A stretch of DNA of 64,000 nucleotides from Phoronis australis. Lineage: Eukaryota > Animalia > Phoronida. A program made the position numbers and the translations under genes. The notes under the pieces are model-generated. The model had not been told where the DNA came from. It saw nothing but the letters and a program-made list of their open reading frames with translations, and made no database searches. The stretch covers positions 42,943-106,942 of the forward strand of contig NMRA01000897.1 of the NCBI GenBank assembly GCA_002633005.1. The letters are read 5' to 3'. Shown here piece by piece: positions 62,558 through 64,000 of this stretch (the first letter of the stretch is position 1; each line of letters opens with the position of its first letter).

Positions 62558-64000
62558 ATGTCGTCAACAAAGCACCTCCGGGAAGCATCACATTTCTGCC
62601 ATCAGGTGACTCATCGGTGCCCCACGTAAAAACCGAGCCGGGCCAACTCATGGCGCCCTCGTCATCCAAGTCGCCCCGACCAACTGCGGGCAGTAAGCGC
62701 AGTGCAGAGCAATTGGCCAGAGTCCAACAAAACTTGCTCATTCAACAGCAAAGACAATTCAACATGGCTAAGAAACGGAAAATTGAGGGGCCGAGACCTC
62801 CTGCTGTGCGGGGCAGGCTGCCCAGGGTTCCTGCTCCGAGACAGGCCCACCCTGGTCTTGAGGGCATGCCCCAGGCCCATGGCATGCCTGGCCCACGGAT
62901 GCGCATGCCAGCTCCAGTTAGAATGCCCATCGGTGCCTCTTCAGTGCCCATGAGTATGGCTGGTGTGAGCATGCTACCAAGTCAGCCGACAACGGAGGTA
63001 AGACCAAGGATGGCTCCACCGTCTCCACAGTCAGCCACGAGCGTTCCGAAGCAGCCTTCCATGTTTCCGATGTCACAGTCAAGTGTCTCTACTCCAGAGC
63101 CAAACAATGCCATTGCAGTGTCTGATTCTGATGCCCTGCCTGCCTCGACACCTGTCTCGGCCCCATCTTCTCTCGGTACTGCTGTCAATCCGCCTACTGA
63201 AGATATACCACTGTCAAAAGCAATAGAGTCCTTGTGCAGTGATGACAGTAAAGAAGACCAGCTTCAAAGTGATAGCGAACCAGCCACACTGAAAACTGAT
63301 TCTGCAAAAGAACTGTTCCCTGAGAAAGACTCAAATGGACAGGAAAAAAATATGGAGAAGAAAAAGAAAGATAGCCTCAAGTCTCACTTGAGTCCTGTTG
63401 TTAGTCTTGAGAGGCTCATCTTGCCGTTGAGCTCTGGCACAAGTACCAAAACTTCGGAGAGTGTCGCAGATATGCTTTCCAAAAACTCTANTGACAAAGA
63501 CTCAAATGGACAGGAAAAAAATATGGAGAAGAAAAAGAAAGAGAGCCTCAAGTCTCACTTGAGTCCTGTTGTTAGTCTTGAGAGACTCATCTTGCCGTTG
63601 AGCTCTGGCACAAGTACCAAAACTTCGGAGAGTGTCGCAGATATGCTTTCCAAAAACTCTAACAGCCTGAGCTCTAGTCAAGAAGACAAAGACCTAGCTT
63701 TCCTTGACGACATCTTGGCCCAAGGCGACTCTGGTTCAGCTAGTGACCAGGCCAAATTCAATGAGGTTGCTCGGTCCATAGAGGACCAGTTGTCATCAAT
63801 CTCTGCTGAAATTCTCAATGCCACACCAGAGAAGAGTCCTCCAAGCAAAGAAGTCAACCCGACATCAGCCCCTCCGCCACCTCTTCCAATGTCTCGTCCT
63901 GTGCTTAGCCCCAGTCCTGGCAAGAACCTCAAGACACAACTCACTAATTACCTGACGGGTAAGATGCAACCGAGTCCCCAGATGGGGCACCCGCAGTCAC
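62558..64000 (+). CDS. Large internal exon of a host gene; Pro/Ser-rich, probably disordered nuclear protein (runs off the window end)
   Basis: ttccag acceptor, then a frame I read as open to the end (not in the ORF track, probably because it lacks a stop): VVNKAPPGSITFLPSGDSSVPHVKTEPGQLMAPSSSK...MAKKRKIEGPRPP...LSPVVSLERLILP... Higher GC than the flanks. Confidence 0.75.

Noticed and set aside
63325-63661. In-frame 171-bp duplication in the host exon as a protein repeat
   Set aside because: The copies are nearly identical and joined at a single N (63491), so this is most likely a contig-overlap artefact.
62529-63944. Minus-strand ORFs at 62529-63188 and 63678-63944
   Set aside because: Antisense shadows of the GC-rich plus-strand exon.

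Overview
A repeat-dense eukaryotic genomic window with assembly gaps. It has spliceosomal introns, C2H2 zinc fingers and Gypsy, Penelope, Kolobok and Helentron-type elements; a marine invertebrate origin is likely but is my inference. The main find is a complete ~9.2-kb DNA transposon (7107-16313) with 29-bp CAC...GTG terminal inverted repeats (TIRs), a 5-bp TGTTT target-site duplication (TSD) and mirrored subterminal GCGATCGRGAACG motifs. It carries a decayed, spliced P-element/THAP9-like DDE transposase with a YqaJ/lambda-exonuclease (PD-(D/E)XK) domain inserted between the first two catalytic aspartates, plus a convergent C2H2 zinc-finger gene. It sits inside a pogo/mariner-type non-autonomous element, which itself sits inside a Helentron-type non-autonomous repeat (HINE). 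A second copy of the pogo-type host gives the empty site and carries a 7.5-kb Kolobok relic instead. Other content: arrays of CTCF-like motifs in repeats, a ~4-kb near-spacerless palindrome (52125-56166), a truncated Gypsy element with its 3' LTR, solo LTRs, a Penelope GIY-YIG fragment with a hammerhead-like hairpin, many MITEs and minisatellites, phase-compatible exons of an unknown minus-strand gene, and a large Pro/Ser-rich host exon at the right edge. All calls are by eye; no database searches were run.
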